Shown piece after piece: positions 19,997 to 29,651 of a stretch of 64,000 nt of DNA. Position 1 is the first letter of the stretch. Every line of letters begins with the position of its first letter. The DNA comes from Anaerolineae bacterium (GTDB taxonomy: Bacteria > Chloroflexota > Anaerolineae > S140-20), in the NCBI GenBank assembly GCA_027021705.1, contig JALUTT010000022.1, positions 60-64,059 on the forward strand. The letters are read 5' to 3'. Under the pieces are notes generated by a model. That model was not told the origin of the DNA, did no database searches, and worked only from the letters and a program-made list of their open reading frames with translations. Made by a program: the position numbers and the translations under genes.

Positions 19997-20087
19997 AGTG
20001 AGGGGCGGTCTTGCCCCGGAGGCCGGGGTATGTTACAATGTTGCCACGGAAGGGGAGAGTTGGGAGTAGGCAGATAGGAGGCTTCCA

Positions 20088-20654
20088 ATGGCTGTTACCA
20101 CAACGCCCATCCGCTGGACGCGGGCCGATCTAGACCTGCTGCCCGAGGACGGCATCCGCTACGAAATCGTTGATGGAGAGCTTCTGATGTCCAAGCAACC
20201 CCACTGGCATCATCAGACTACGTGTAACGCCATTGCAGCGGCTTTAACCAACTGGTGTCACACAAGCGGTTTCGGTCACGTTGCACCAGCACCCGGCCTG
20301 GTCTTCGACGACGAGAACGACGTGGTACCGGATGTCGTCTGGGTGAGCGATGAGCGGTTGCAGGCGATCCTGGGGGAAGATGGACACCTGCACAGCGCGC
20401 CAGAATTGGTTGTGGAAGTGCTCTCCCCCGGCACCTCCAAGGAGCGCCGAGATCGGGTGGTGAAGCTGAAGCTCTACTCGCTGCGGGGGGTGCAGGAGTA
20501 CTGGATCGTGGACTGGAGGGCCCGGACCATCGAGGTCTACCGGCGGCAGGAGGGGGTGCTGCGCCTGGTGGGCACCTGGCGGGAGGAGGATGAGTTGACG
20601 TCGCCACTGCTGCCCGGCTTCCGGGCGCGGGTCTCAGACCTGGTCGCGAGTTAA
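20088..20654 (+). CDS. Uma2-family (DUF820) endonuclease-like protein
   Basis: RYEIVDGEL, VVPDVVWV, PELVVEVLSPGT and GVQEYWIVD motifs. Confidence 0.9.
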   Translation: MAVTTTPIRWTRADLDLLPEDGIRYEIVDGELLMSKQPHWHHQTTCNAIAAALTNWCHTSGFGHVAPAPGLVFDDENDVVPDVVWVSDERLQAILGEDGHLHSAPELVVEVLSPGTSKERRDRVVKLKLYSLRGVQEYWIVDWRARTIEVYRRQEGVLRLVGTWREEDELTSPLLPGFRARVSDLVAS

Positions 20655-20763
20655 GTGCCGAGGGCGAAAGAGCGCAGGTGCCGGGCACGTGGGAGTGCCC
20701 GGCACCTGATCGTTTCACCAGATTTTCCATCGGGCGAGGGCCACCCCCTCGCCCGATGAGTCC

Positions 20764-22008
20764 TCACGACCCCAGAAGAGCCGCCAGGCGCATCTCGATG
20801 TATTTGTCCCAATTGGGGTCTTGCATACGCTGGATCATCACCTGCAGCGTGACCTGGACGCCCGGCGGGGCATCGGTGGCCGCCTCCTGGGCTTTCTTCA
20901 GGTGAGTCTCCACAGCCGCCTTGTCCCCGGCCGCCAGGGCAGCTTGGGCTTTGGTCAGGTGGTCCACCACGGCCTGGCTTAGCTCAACCCCGGCGTCCTG
21001 GAGCGTCATCGCGCTCAGGGCCTGGGCCAGCGCCTCCAGATCGGCGTCGCTGATGGCGGCCTGGTCGTAGGCCATCATCGCCGTCCCCGGCCGGCCCTTG
21101 CGGACGACTTCCTTGATATGCCGTGCCCTGATCCCTACCAGCATAGGCCCGATCGCCCCGCCCTGAGCCTTGTCACCGTGGCAGGAGACGCAGCCGCTCT
21201 GGAGGTAGGCGGCCGGGATCGCCCCCGTCTCGGTGGCGGCAGGTGCCTCTGTCGGGACCGGGGTGGCCTCCTCGCCTCCCGCCGCCGGTGGAGCCCCTGC
21301 CGTCGCCACACCAACAGCAGGCTCATAGGCGAAGGTGCGGAGGTATTCGATGACCGCCCAGCGCTCTTCTGCCGAGAGGCGGCCCTGCCAGGCCGGCATC
21401 GCGCCCCGCCCCTCCGTCACAACTTGGAAGAAGTCGGTGGCCGACCGCTGAGCCACGAAGGCCACATCGGTGAAGTCCGGAGCATTGGGAACGACGCCCA
21501 CGCCGTCGGCCCCGTGGCAGACGGCGCAGTTCTGCTCGAAGATGGCCTGCCCCTGCTGCAGGGTATCAGCCCCAACGGCGAAGGTCCAGACATAAAAGGC
21601 CAGGTCCCAACGCTCTTCGTCGGAGAACTGCTCTTTGTAGCCGGGCATCTCGTTGCGACCTTCGGTGATGATCTGGTAGAATCGGACCGGCGTCTGCCCT
21701 CGCATGTAGTCCACATCGCCGAAGTTGCGGGCTTCGGGCACGACCCCGTTGCCGTCCTCTCCGTGGCAAGTGGCACACTCGCTCAGGTAGAGGGGTTGAG
21801 CGGCGACGGCCGAGGGCGGTGTCTCCGGGTAGCGGATAGTCAGGAACTCCGGGCGAGCCGTCGGCGTCGCCGGCGGCGGCATCGTGGCCGGTTGCAGCGT
21901 GGGGATGGGGGTCGGTTCTGTAGGAAGGGGTTGTGGATTGCTACAGGCGAAGAGCAACAAGCTAAGGAAGAGAAACAGCGCAGCGAGTCGTCGTGTGCGA
22001 GCTTTCAT
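20764..22008 (-). CDS. Lipoprotein triheme cytochrome c
   Basis: Lipobox LFAC; CATCH, CAVCH and CVSCH heme motifs. Confidence 0.85.
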   Translation of the reverse strand: MKARTRRLAALFLFLSLLLFACSNPQPLPTEPTPIPTLQPATMPPPATPTARPEFLTIRYPETPPSAVAAQPLYLSECATCHGEDGNGVVPEARNFGDVDYMRGQTPVRFYQIITEGRNEMPGYKEQFSDEERWDLAFYVWTFAVGADTLQQGQAIFEQNCAVCHGADGVGVVPNAPDFTDVAFVAQRSATDFFQVVTEGRGAMPAWQGRLSAEERWAVIEYLRTFAYEPAVGVATAGAPPAAGGEEATPVPTEAPAATETGAIPAAYLQSGCVSCHGDKAQGGAIGPMLVGIRARHIKEVVRKGRPGTAMMAYDQAAISDADLEALAQALSAMTLQDAGVELSQAVVDHLTKAQAALAAGDKAAVETHLKKAQEAATDAPPGVQVTLQVMIQRMQDPNWDKYIEMRLAALLGS

Positions 22009-22026
22009 GCCAAAATCTCCTTTACC

Positions 22027-22548
22027 TCACTGGCCCTGTGCGGCTTGCAGGCTACGAACGTAGTTGATCACGTCCCAGCGCTCACGCGGGGTCATGTTCT
22101 CAGCCAGCGCCGGCATCGCACCAAAACCGTCGGTCAGGGTCAGGTAGAGGGCCCCATCCGGCTGAGAGACGATGCGCTCATCCCGCAGATCGGCCGGCTT
22201 GTTGGCGTCCTCCTTCCAAAATTCGACGATTGGACCATCGCCGGCACCCTCCTCACCGTGGCAGAGGGCACAGTGCAGGTTGTACAGCACAGCGCCCCGT
22301 TGCAGGGAGACCGCGTCAGCCGGGACCGGGTTGAGAGGAAAGGTATCGGCCATCGCGGGGCGTGCTTCGGCTGAGAAGGCCACCGCCCCCTCAGCAGGGA
22401 GCCGCCGAGGCCCCTCCTGATAATCCACGGAGGGCTGGTTCTCCATAAAGCTGACGAAGTCCACGCGGACGATCTCGTAGGTCGCCAGAAGGGCCACGAC
22501 GAGGGGGCTGGCCAAGATTGCCAAAGTGATGAGAATCCGTCGCGTCAT
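22027..22548 (-). CDS. actE: Monoheme cytochrome c, ActE-like
   Basis: FMENQPS...CALCHG...DG.LY..LT.G...MP...E...ERWDVINYVR; position in the operon. Confidence 0.75.
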   Translation of the reverse strand: MTRRILITLAILASPLVVALLATYEIVRVDFVSFMENQPSVDYQEGPRRLPAEGAVAFSAEARPAMADTFPLNPVPADAVSLQRGAVLYNLHCALCHGEEGAGDGPIVEFWKEDANKPADLRDERIVSQPDGALYLTLTDGFGAMPALAENMTPRERWDVINYVRSLQAAQGQ

Positions 22549-23069
22549 AGTGGCCTCCGCTCCGCTCGTTGGATCTTCTCGGCCCCACACCGGGCCAGGA
22601 CAGCACGGGCCTGTTCTTCTTTCGCCGGTGGACAGCGGAAGAAGATGCCAATACGCCCCATTGCGATCTCTGGGTCGTAGTGTTTCGGACTGTAAGTGGG
22701 AAAGCCGCTCTGCCACAGGACTCCCAGGAAGGTGGCGATGATGAGCCCCATCATTGTGAACTCATAGGTGATCACGGCCGAGGGAGGGATCGGGACAAGC
22801 GGTTGCCCTCCCACGCGGATGCTGTAGAGCAGGGGCGTGCCCACGTTGAAGAAGATGCCGACCCCAAAGCCCACCAGGGCGCCGGCCAGGCTGAAGAAGG
22901 GCAGCCGTTCCCAGGGCTTAGGACGGCCCAGCGCGTGATGGGAATAGGGAACCCCGGAGATGACGGTGATCTCATCGTCGGAGATGCCCAACGCCCGCAG
23001 CTCATCCAGCGCGTCGGCTGCCGGGTCCACCTCGTTGAAAAGTCCCATCAAGACGATCGGTTCTGCCAT
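22545..23069 (-). CDS. actD: ActD-like (DUF3341) membrane protein
   Basis: GLF...A...ISGVPY...GG.P...P...ITYEFT pattern with two TM helices. Confidence 0.8.
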   Translation of the reverse strand: MAEPIVLMGLFNEVDPAADALDELRALGISDDEITVISGVPYSHHALGRPKPWERLPFFSLAGALVGFGVGIFFNVGTPLLYSIRVGGQPLVPIPPSAVITYEFTMMGLIIATFLGVLWQSGFPTYSPKHYDPEIAMGRIGIFFRCPPAKEEQARAVLARCGAEKIQRAERRPL

Positions 23070-23078
23070 CGCACCCTC

Positions 23079-24500
23079 CTATTCCATCTCGGCCACCGAG
23101 GGCACCAGCGTCCGCCCGATCCGCCGCAAGGTATGGGCGATCTGGCCCTCGTGCACTTCCCAGACGGGCACCAGGGGGATGAGCCGGGAAACCAGGGCGT
23201 AGAGCAGGACGAAGAGGGAGAGAGAGCCGATGCTGATCAGCAGCTCCACCGGCGAGGGGTTGTAGGCTCCCCAATCGAAGGGCATGCGGTTCCGGGTCAG
23301 GAAGCCGGCCACGATGATGTACCGCTCGATGTACATCCCCACGTTGACCCCCAGCGTGACCAGCAGCAGCGCGGTCGGGGAGGTGCGGACCTTCTTGTTC
23401 CACAACGTCAGCCAAGGGATCAGGATGTTGGTCGCCAGCATCGTGTACCAGAGGGGAGCTACCGGTCCTCTCGCCTGGAGGGTCAGAATCTGATGGCCCA
23501 CCGCTTCGCCACCGTACCACTCCGTTAGGTAGTCGGCGAAGAAGAAGTAGGTCCAGGCGAAGGAGAAGACCAGGATCAGCTTGCCCAGCGCGTCGAAGTG
23601 CTCTTCCCGCAAGAAGTAGTCTAGGTGCATCGTCTTGCGCACGATGAGGAGGACGGTGGCAACGGCCGACACGCCGGAGAAGATCGCGCCGGTGACGAAG
23701 TAGGGGCCGAAGATGCTGCTGCTCCACCCAGGGACCATCGTCATCCCGAAGTCCCAGGAGACGATAGTGTGGACGCTGAACATCACCGGGATGATGACGA
23801 AGGCGAAGATGGTGATGGCAGTCTGCAGGTGGCTCCACTGCCCCTCGGTGCCCCGCCATCCCAGAGCCAGGATGCGATAGAGCTTTCGCCGCCAGCCTCG
23901 GACGCAGTGGTCCCGGGCCATCGCCAGGTCGGGGATCAGGGGAAGGTAGAGGTAGAGGGTGCTCCCGATCAGGTAAGTGAAGATGGCCATCATGTCCCAC
24001 ATCAACGGCGAGTGGAAGTTGGGCCAGAGCTGGCGCTGGTTGGGGTAGGGGATCATCCAGTAGAAGCGCCAGGTGCGGCCCAGGTGGATCAGCGGGTACA
24101 TCCCCGCCGTGATGAGGGCAAAGGTGGTCATCATCTCCGAGGCGCGGGTGATGGGCCGACGGAACTCGGCCTTGAAGACGCGCAGGATGGCGGAGACGAA
24201 GGTACCGGAGTGGCTGATGCCGATCCAGAAGACGAAGTTGGCGATATAGACACCCCAGAAGACAGGCCGGCGGATGCCCGCCACCCCCATCCCCCAGATC
24301 ATCTGGTAGACCCAGGCCCCCCCCAGGCCGATGAGGACCAGAAGGGCCAGAATGGCCACGGTGATCCAGTAGCCCCGCCCGGTGGTCGTCATCGCCCGAA
24401 GGATGGTGCGGTTCATCTCCTCGACCGGGATGGGGTCCAAAAGGAGCTTGCGGCGGTGTTCTGCTTCCACCAGGGTCAGGCTTTCAGTCTGCACCGACAT
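23079..24500 (-). CDS. actC: NrfD/ActC polysulfide-reductase-type membrane subunit
   Basis: WGVYIANFVFWIGISHSGT, LIHLGRTWRFYW and SPLMWD motifs; about ten TM helices. Confidence 0.9.
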   Translation of the reverse strand: MSVQTESLTLVEAEHRRKLLLDPIPVEEMNRTILRAMTTTGRGYWITVAILALLVLIGLGGAWVYQMIWGMGVAGIRRPVFWGVYIANFVFWIGISHSGTFVSAILRVFKAEFRRPITRASEMMTTFALITAGMYPLIHLGRTWRFYWMIPYPNQRQLWPNFHSPLMWDMMAIFTYLIGSTLYLYLPLIPDLAMARDHCVRGWRRKLYRILALGWRGTEGQWSHLQTAITIFAFVIIPVMFSVHTIVSWDFGMTMVPGWSSSIFGPYFVTGAIFSGVSAVATVLLIVRKTMHLDYFLREEHFDALGKLILVFSFAWTYFFFADYLTEWYGGEAVGHQILTLQARGPVAPLWYTMLATNILIPWLTLWNKKVRTSPTALLLVTLGVNVGMYIERYIIVAGFLTRNRMPFDWGAYNPSPVELLISIGSLSLFVLLYALVSRLIPLVPVWEVHEGQIAHTLRRIGRTLVPSVAEME

Positions 24501-25197
24501 AGGCCTCTCCTCCCTTCAGATAGATGACCGCCGGCTCGGTACCCAGTTCCTCCAAGAGCCGAAAGCGCCGACGGCTCTTCGCCAGCCGGGCCACCCGGCT
24601 GTCGGGGTCGTTGAGATCGCCGAAGACGAGGGCCTCGGTGGGGCAGCTCTGGACGCAGGCCGGCTGCACCTCTCCATCGGCGATGGGGCGGGCCTCGGCC
24701 CGGGCCCTCTCCTCCACTCGCCGGATGCGTTGGATGCAGAAGGTGCACTTCTCCATAATGCCCCGTTCCCGCACCGTGACGTCGGGATTGAGTTGCTCGG
24801 TGAGGGGCTCGGGAAAATAGGGAGTGAACCAGTTGAAGACACGGGCGATGTAGGGGCAGTTGTTGGCGCAGTAACGGGTCCCGATGCAGCGGTTGTAGAC
24901 CTGAACGTTGAGGTGATCCTGGGTATTGTGGTAGGTGGCGAAGACCGGGCAGACCGGCTCGCAGGGCGCACGCTCGCACTGCTGACAGAGGATCGGCAGG
25001 AAGCGGGCCCGGACATCGGGATACTCTCCCTCCCAATAACGGGCGATGCGTATCCAGTGCATTGCGCGGCCCCGGAGCACCTCCTCCTCACCGACGACGG
25101 GCACGTTGTTCTCGGCGTGACAGGCGACGACGCAGGCCTGACAGCCGGTGCATCGATCCAGGTCTATCACCATCGTCCATTTGTGCTCGCGGTTCAT
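24484..25197 (-). CDS. 4Fe-4S dicluster protein (ActB2/QrcC-like)
   Basis: CTGCQACVVAC, CQQCERAPCEPVCP, CIGTRYCANNCP and CTFC...CVQSCP motifs. Confidence 0.9.
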   Translation of the reverse strand: MNREHKWTMVIDLDRCTGCQACVVACHAENNVPVVGEEEVLRGRAMHWIRIARYWEGEYPDVRARFLPILCQQCERAPCEPVCPVFATYHNTQDHLNVQVYNRCIGTRYCANNCPYIARVFNWFTPYFPEPLTEQLNPDVTVRERGIMEKCTFCIQRIRRVEERARAEARPIADGEVQPACVQSCPTEALVFGDLNDPDSRVARLAKSRRRFRLLEELGTEPAVIYLKGGEAYVGAD

Positions 25198-25334
25198 AAG
25201 CATCCCTTCACATTGCAGATGGCAAATTGCCGATGGCAAGTCGCAGATGATCGGTTGGGGGGCATAGCCTCCGGCCCGTCAGGAGGTCCCGCCGGAGGAC
25301 AGGGCCACCCGACCATCTGGCTACCGGACCAACT

Positions 25335-27551
25335 TCATCCAGGCGGCCCGACCTCGCGGGCGTACTCCACGCCGATGTTGCTCTCCAGCCGGGCCAGCCG
25401 CCGGCGCCGTCCGGTGGGGATGATCGTGACCCGGGTGGCGGCCCAGGCTAGACCGCCGCTGCGGACCTCCACCCGTGGGGCCAGCAGGTCCACCGGATTG
25501 CTTCCCCGTCCAGCGGCATAACGCCCGTATTGGAGATGCCCCTGGCCGATGGGAATGGCCACCGTGTCCGGTCGAATGGCCGGGTAGAGATAGACGATGG
25601 CCTCGATCTCCCCATAGGGCGAGATCACCCGGACGATGTCGTCGTCCCCAACGCCCAACTCGGCCGCTGTCTCCGGGTTGATCTCCACCCAAGTGTTCCA
25701 GGCTGCTGTGGTCATCGGGTCGGGCATCTCTTGGAGCCAGGGCTGGTTGGCCCCCCGCCCATCGCTGAGAGCAGTGGAGAGGTAAGGAAGGAGGTAGAGA
25801 GCTTCCTCGGAGCCGCCGGAGAAGTCGGGCAAGACCCCCTCCAGGGGCTGGTTCCAAGCCGCACTCGGCTCCGGGACCTCGCGTGCCTCCCCCTCCGGCC
25901 ACCAGCCACCCCGCTGCCGCCAGGCGGTCCAGAACCCCTCCGCTGAGACACCAAGCCCTCGCAACTCGGCCACCTTCTCCTTGAGGAAGGCGACTTCATT
26001 AGGCCAGGGCAGGGCCTGGGCCACCTCGCCACCTAATTGCTGGGCCAAGGCCAGCAGGACATCGGCTGTGGCCCGGGTGTCGTACAGGGGGCGCACCACC
26101 GGTTGCTGGGCGCTGACCACAGGCCGATCCATTGCCGGCGCGACAACCTGGTAGCCCCATCCCTCCAGGTAGGTGTGGTCAGGCAGGATCAGGTCAGCCA
26201 GCAAGGCGGTCTCATCCACGAAGGAGCTGAAGGAGACGACGAGGGGAACCTGCTCCAGGGCCTCGGCGAAGCGGACCGCAGCGGGGAGCTCCAGCACAGG
26301 GTTACTGCCGTGGATGAAGAGCACTTTGATCTGCCCTGCCGCCATCCGCTCGACCAAGTCCTGCATCTGGGCGAAGCTGGCAACCGGGGAAGGTGCAAAG
26401 TCGGCGAAGGGAGGGGAGGGAGCGAGAAACGCTCCTCCCGCCTGCCCGACCTGCCCCATCACCAGGTTGAGGGCGTGCACGGCGGCGATGGCCTGGGGAG
26501 CGTTGGTGTGACCGGCCATCGTCCCTCCGGGGATCGCCACCTGGTGGTGGGCGTCGGCAAAAGCCCGGGCCAACGTCCGCAGCTTCTCCACCGGCACATC
26601 GCTGACGTGGGCCGCCTCGGCCAGGTCTACCTTCTCGTACAGGTGGGCGTACCGGCGGGCCAGATCAGCGGGTCCCAGGTTCTCCTCGACAATGATCTTG
26701 CCAAGGGCGAGAGCTACCCACCCCTCGCTGCCGGGGCGAATGGGCACCCACTCGTCGGCGTTGGCGGCAGTCATAGACATCCGGGGCTCAAAGTGGACCA
26801 GGACCCCTCGCTTGCCAGCCCGGCCTCGGCGCATCCAGCCGTAGGCCCGGCTGTAGGCCACCGGCGAGAGCCAAGTCTCCAGGAAGTGCGCTCCGAAGGA
26901 GAAGACCACGTCGGCCTCAGCGACGTCGAAGACCGGCAACGCCTCCACACCGAAGAGGTCCACGCTGGTCTGGGCCAACACCGTCCGCCCATCCACCACG
27001 TTGTAGAGATCGAAGAGCAGGGGCGGGAGCCCCCCCAACGCCTGGAGGAAGTGGCGAGCCAGCCAGTAGAGGTGGTCAGGGGTTGTGCCGTATCCTCCCA
27101 CGAAGGCGATGCTCTCCGGCCTCGGGGAGGCCAGGTGCTCGGCCACCTGCTGGAGCGCCTCCTCCCAGTAGAGGGGCTCAAACTGAGCACTTCCCCGTTG
27201 CGCCTGACGGACGGGGCTGCGCAAGCGGTCGGGGTTGTAGAGCACCTGAAGGCCGGCGTGTCCCCGGGCGCACAGACGGCCCCGGTTGAGCGGATGGATG
27301 GGATTTCCCTCGATCTTGCGGGCTCGACCGTCGCTGACGCGCACGAGAATGCCGCAGCCGGCCGGACACTGGCGACAGGTGGTGGCATACCAGGTATCCT
27401 CGCCGGGCAGCGCATCCTCTGGCGAGCGCACGTAGCTCTCCAGGTACTCCGTCTGCTGTAGGTTGACGGTGCAGCCGCTGACCACCGCCACGGCGCCAGC
27501 CGCTGCGCTCAACTTCAGAAAGTTGCGTCGGGTAATCGGTTTCGATTTCAT
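25335..27551 (-). CDS. Tat-exported molybdopterin-oxidoreductase-family subunit (ActB1/QrcB-like)
   Basis: TRRNFLK Tat motif with VSGC; TCRQCPAGC...RGRLC N-terminal Fe-S motif; C-terminal WVEINP dinucleotide-binding domain. Confidence 0.88.
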   Translation of the reverse strand: MKSKPITRRNFLKLSAAAGAVAVVSGCTVNLQQTEYLESYVRSPEDALPGEDTWYATTCRQCPAGCGILVRVSDGRARKIEGNPIHPLNRGRLCARGHAGLQVLYNPDRLRSPVRQAQRGSAQFEPLYWEEALQQVAEHLASPRPESIAFVGGYGTTPDHLYWLARHFLQALGGLPPLLFDLYNVVDGRTVLAQTSVDLFGVEALPVFDVAEADVVFSFGAHFLETWLSPVAYSRAYGWMRRGRAGKRGVLVHFEPRMSMTAANADEWVPIRPGSEGWVALALGKIIVEENLGPADLARRYAHLYEKVDLAEAAHVSDVPVEKLRTLARAFADAHHQVAIPGGTMAGHTNAPQAIAAVHALNLVMGQVGQAGGAFLAPSPPFADFAPSPVASFAQMQDLVERMAAGQIKVLFIHGSNPVLELPAAVRFAEALEQVPLVVSFSSFVDETALLADLILPDHTYLEGWGYQVVAPAMDRPVVSAQQPVVRPLYDTRATADVLLALAQQLGGEVAQALPWPNEVAFLKEKVAELRGLGVSAEGFWTAWRQRGGWWPEGEAREVPEPSAAWNQPLEGVLPDFSGGSEEALYLLPYLSTALSDGRGANQPWLQEMPDPMTTAAWNTWVEINPETAAELGVGDDDIVRVISPYGEIEAIVYLYPAIRPDTVAIPIGQGHLQYGRYAAGRGSNPVDLLAPRVEVRSGGLAWAATRVTIIPTGRRRRLARLESNIGVEYAREVGPPG

Positions 27552-27558
27552 CGGCCTC

Positions 27559-28128
27559 TCACTTATGGCAGATTGAGCAGTCCACCAGGCGGGCTTCCTC
27601 TGCATCGTCCACAGCCATGCTACGGTGGCAGGAAAGACAGAACCCCATGTTGAGGTTGTAGACCGGCTGGGCCAGGTCCATCTGGGCCACGTTCCCGTGG
27701 CAGGTCTCGCAGGCGATGCCCCGGCGGATGTGAGGTTGATGGCTGAAGCGGACGAAATCGGGCTGGTCGTTGACCTTGGGCCATTGGACGGGCCGTTGGT
27801 CCTCCCACGCCTGGACCAGCCGATCAATGTCCGGCTGGTCCTTCTCGTCCTTGGGGGTCACATTCTGGTGGCACCCCATACACTTCTCCAGAGAGGGAAT
27901 GCCGGCGACAGCGCCGTTGAGCACACCGGGATGACAGTAGACACAGGTCGCACCTGCATCCACGTGCTTCTGATGGCTGAAGAAGAGGGTGGTGATGGGA
28001 GAGGGAGGGTCCCCATCGGCGGCCTCGCTGCGGCGGATCACCGCAGAAGCGACGAGGACGGCCACCACCAGCAAGCCCATCATCAACAGCCACCGGACAG
28101 GGAACCGGAGAGATCTTTGTCTCTTCAT
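27559..28128 (-). CDS. actA: Pentaheme cytochrome c (ActA/QrcA-like)
   Basis: N-terminal TM; CVYCH, CMGCH, CETCH, CLSCH and CSICH. Confidence 0.88.
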   Translation of the reverse strand: MKRQRSLRFPVRWLLMMGLLVVAVLVASAVIRRSEAADGDPPSPITTLFFSHQKHVDAGATCVYCHPGVLNGAVAGIPSLEKCMGCHQNVTPKDEKDQPDIDRLVQAWEDQRPVQWPKVNDQPDFVRFSHQPHIRRGIACETCHGNVAQMDLAQPVYNLNMGFCLSCHRSMAVDDAEEARLVDCSICHK

Positions 28129-28469
28129 CCTGTACTTCCTCGTGGTGGAATCGTGATTTGAAGACCTGCTCGCTCGTCGGGGCTACATCGTCAGGCTGGC
28201 AAGGGCCTTGCCGCGCCCCCATCGCCCTTCCCAAGCCCTCCCGCAGGCGGAGGAGGAAAAGCCACACATGGAGCAGCCCTGCTCGACCGGCAGGCTCGCA
28301 AGCCTGCCCCACTTGTCACCTCTACGCCACCATCGCCTCAAAAAGAAACCCGACCGGGTTGATCGCTATCCGTTGCGAAACCGCGACGATGGTCACCGCG
28401 GTCGGGTATGGACTCCTGCGAACCGATGGGGGACACCTTCCTTGGCTTTTTTGGGGGACAGACCGTCAT

Positions 28470-28498
28470 ATTTTAGCATACGAAGCCCCAGGCGTCAA
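28470..28498 (-). promoter_or_regulatory. sigma70-type promoter for the act-like operon
   Basis: Minus strand TTGACG-17-TAAAAT. Confidence 0.7.
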
Positions 28499-28509
28499 CA
28501 TTCACAAAC

Positions 28510-28665
28510 TCGGTGATTACCCACAAGTGAGCGAGAGAGTGGTCCGTAGCAGGCCGTCCACGAATTTCTCACGAATGCACGAATGGGACGGTCCTTAGTT
28601 CGTGTACTCGTGCCCCATTCGTGGACGGCTAGTCTCCCTATCTCCAAGATATGGGTAATCACCAA
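28510..28665. mobile_element. MITE-like element A, copy 2 (156 bp)
   Basis: GGTGATTACCCA...TGGGTAATCACC termini; interior nearly identical to copy 1; no matching TSD. Confidence 0.85.
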
Positions 28666-28669
28666 TGCC

Positions 28670-29530
28670 TCAAGGCTCCGAGGGCTCTGTATCCGTACCG
28701 TATGACCCCGTGAGCGAGTCCAGGAGAGCCTGGGCCTGATGCCGGCCCTCTTGATCCTCGGCCAACTGCAGGTAGAAGGTTAGGTCGGCGACGGCCTTGT
28801 CCATCTCGTCGAGTTGGATGTAAGCCACCGCCCGATTAAAGTAAGGGGCAGCCGTGTTGGGCGCGATCTCGATGCAGGTGCTGAAGTCTTCCACGGCCAG
28901 TTCCGGCTTCTCCTGCTGCATGTAGAGCACACCCCGGTTGAAGTAGGCGGCGATCAGCTCTGGGTCCAACTCGATGGCTTTGTTGAAGTCGGCCAGCGCC
29001 AGGTCCTCCATTCCCAGGCGCATGTACGCCTGACCTCGGTTGACGTAGGTAGGCGCGTGCTTGGGATCCAATTGGAGCGCCTTGCGGAAATCCTCGACAG
29101 CCGTCGCCGGACGTCCCATCGTCAGGTAGGTCGTCCCTCGGGCTGCATAGGCCTCCGGCATATGCTCGTCAATAGTGATGGCCTGGTCGAAGTCGGCGAC
29201 GGCCTCATCGTACTCGCCCAGCTCTGCCCGGATTAGACCCCGGTAGTAGTAGGCATCGGCCGCGCCGTCGGGATCGGCCGCGATGGCGACGTCCAGCGCC
29301 TGCAAGGCACCATCCACATCCCCTTCCCGGGCCCGCATCAGGGCCAGGTTTAGGAAGTCCTCCGAGGGGCTGGCCTGCTGCTCCGTCGCCGGCGGGGCAG
29401 ACGTGCTAGCAAAGAAAGTCTGGTAGCCCAGCCAGGTTCCCCCCACGATGATCAGCACTCCCAGGGCGACCAAAAGCCAGGGCCCCTTCCGAAAGGAACG
29501 ATGGGTAAGCGCCATCTTTTGCATCGTCAC
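28670..29530 (-). CDS. Membrane-anchored TPR-repeat protein
   Basis: One TM, then repeated AYxxRGxxY...A...DFxxAI TPR units; start uncertain. Confidence 0.85.
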   Translation of the reverse strand: MTMQKMALTHRSFRKGPWLLVALGVLIIVGGTWLGYQTFFASTSAPPATEQQASPSEDFLNLALMRAREGDVDGALQALDVAIAADPDGAADAYYYRGLIRAELGEYDEAVADFDQAITIDEHMPEAYAARGTTYLTMGRPATAVEDFRKALQLDPKHAPTYVNRGQAYMRLGMEDLALADFNKAIELDPELIAAYFNRGVLYMQQEKPELAVEDFSTCIEIAPNTAAPYFNRAVAYIQLDEMDKAVADLTFYLQLAEDQEGRHQAQALLDSLTGSYGTDTEPSEP

Positions 29531-29651
29531 TCCCTGTTCTCCACCGACCGAGGAGTTCGGTCGGACAGCCCTACCAGGGGGAAGGCAAAGTCACCGGCGG
29601 ACAGGCCGTCCGCTCCACCTGCCCGCCGGTTTGGGTTCAGGGTCGGTCCCT

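Noticed and set aside
25213-25250. GCAGATGGCAAATT-like micro-repeat between actB1 and actB2 (similar short iterations near 2146 and 32545)
   Set aside because: Too short and degenerate to define as an element from single examples.
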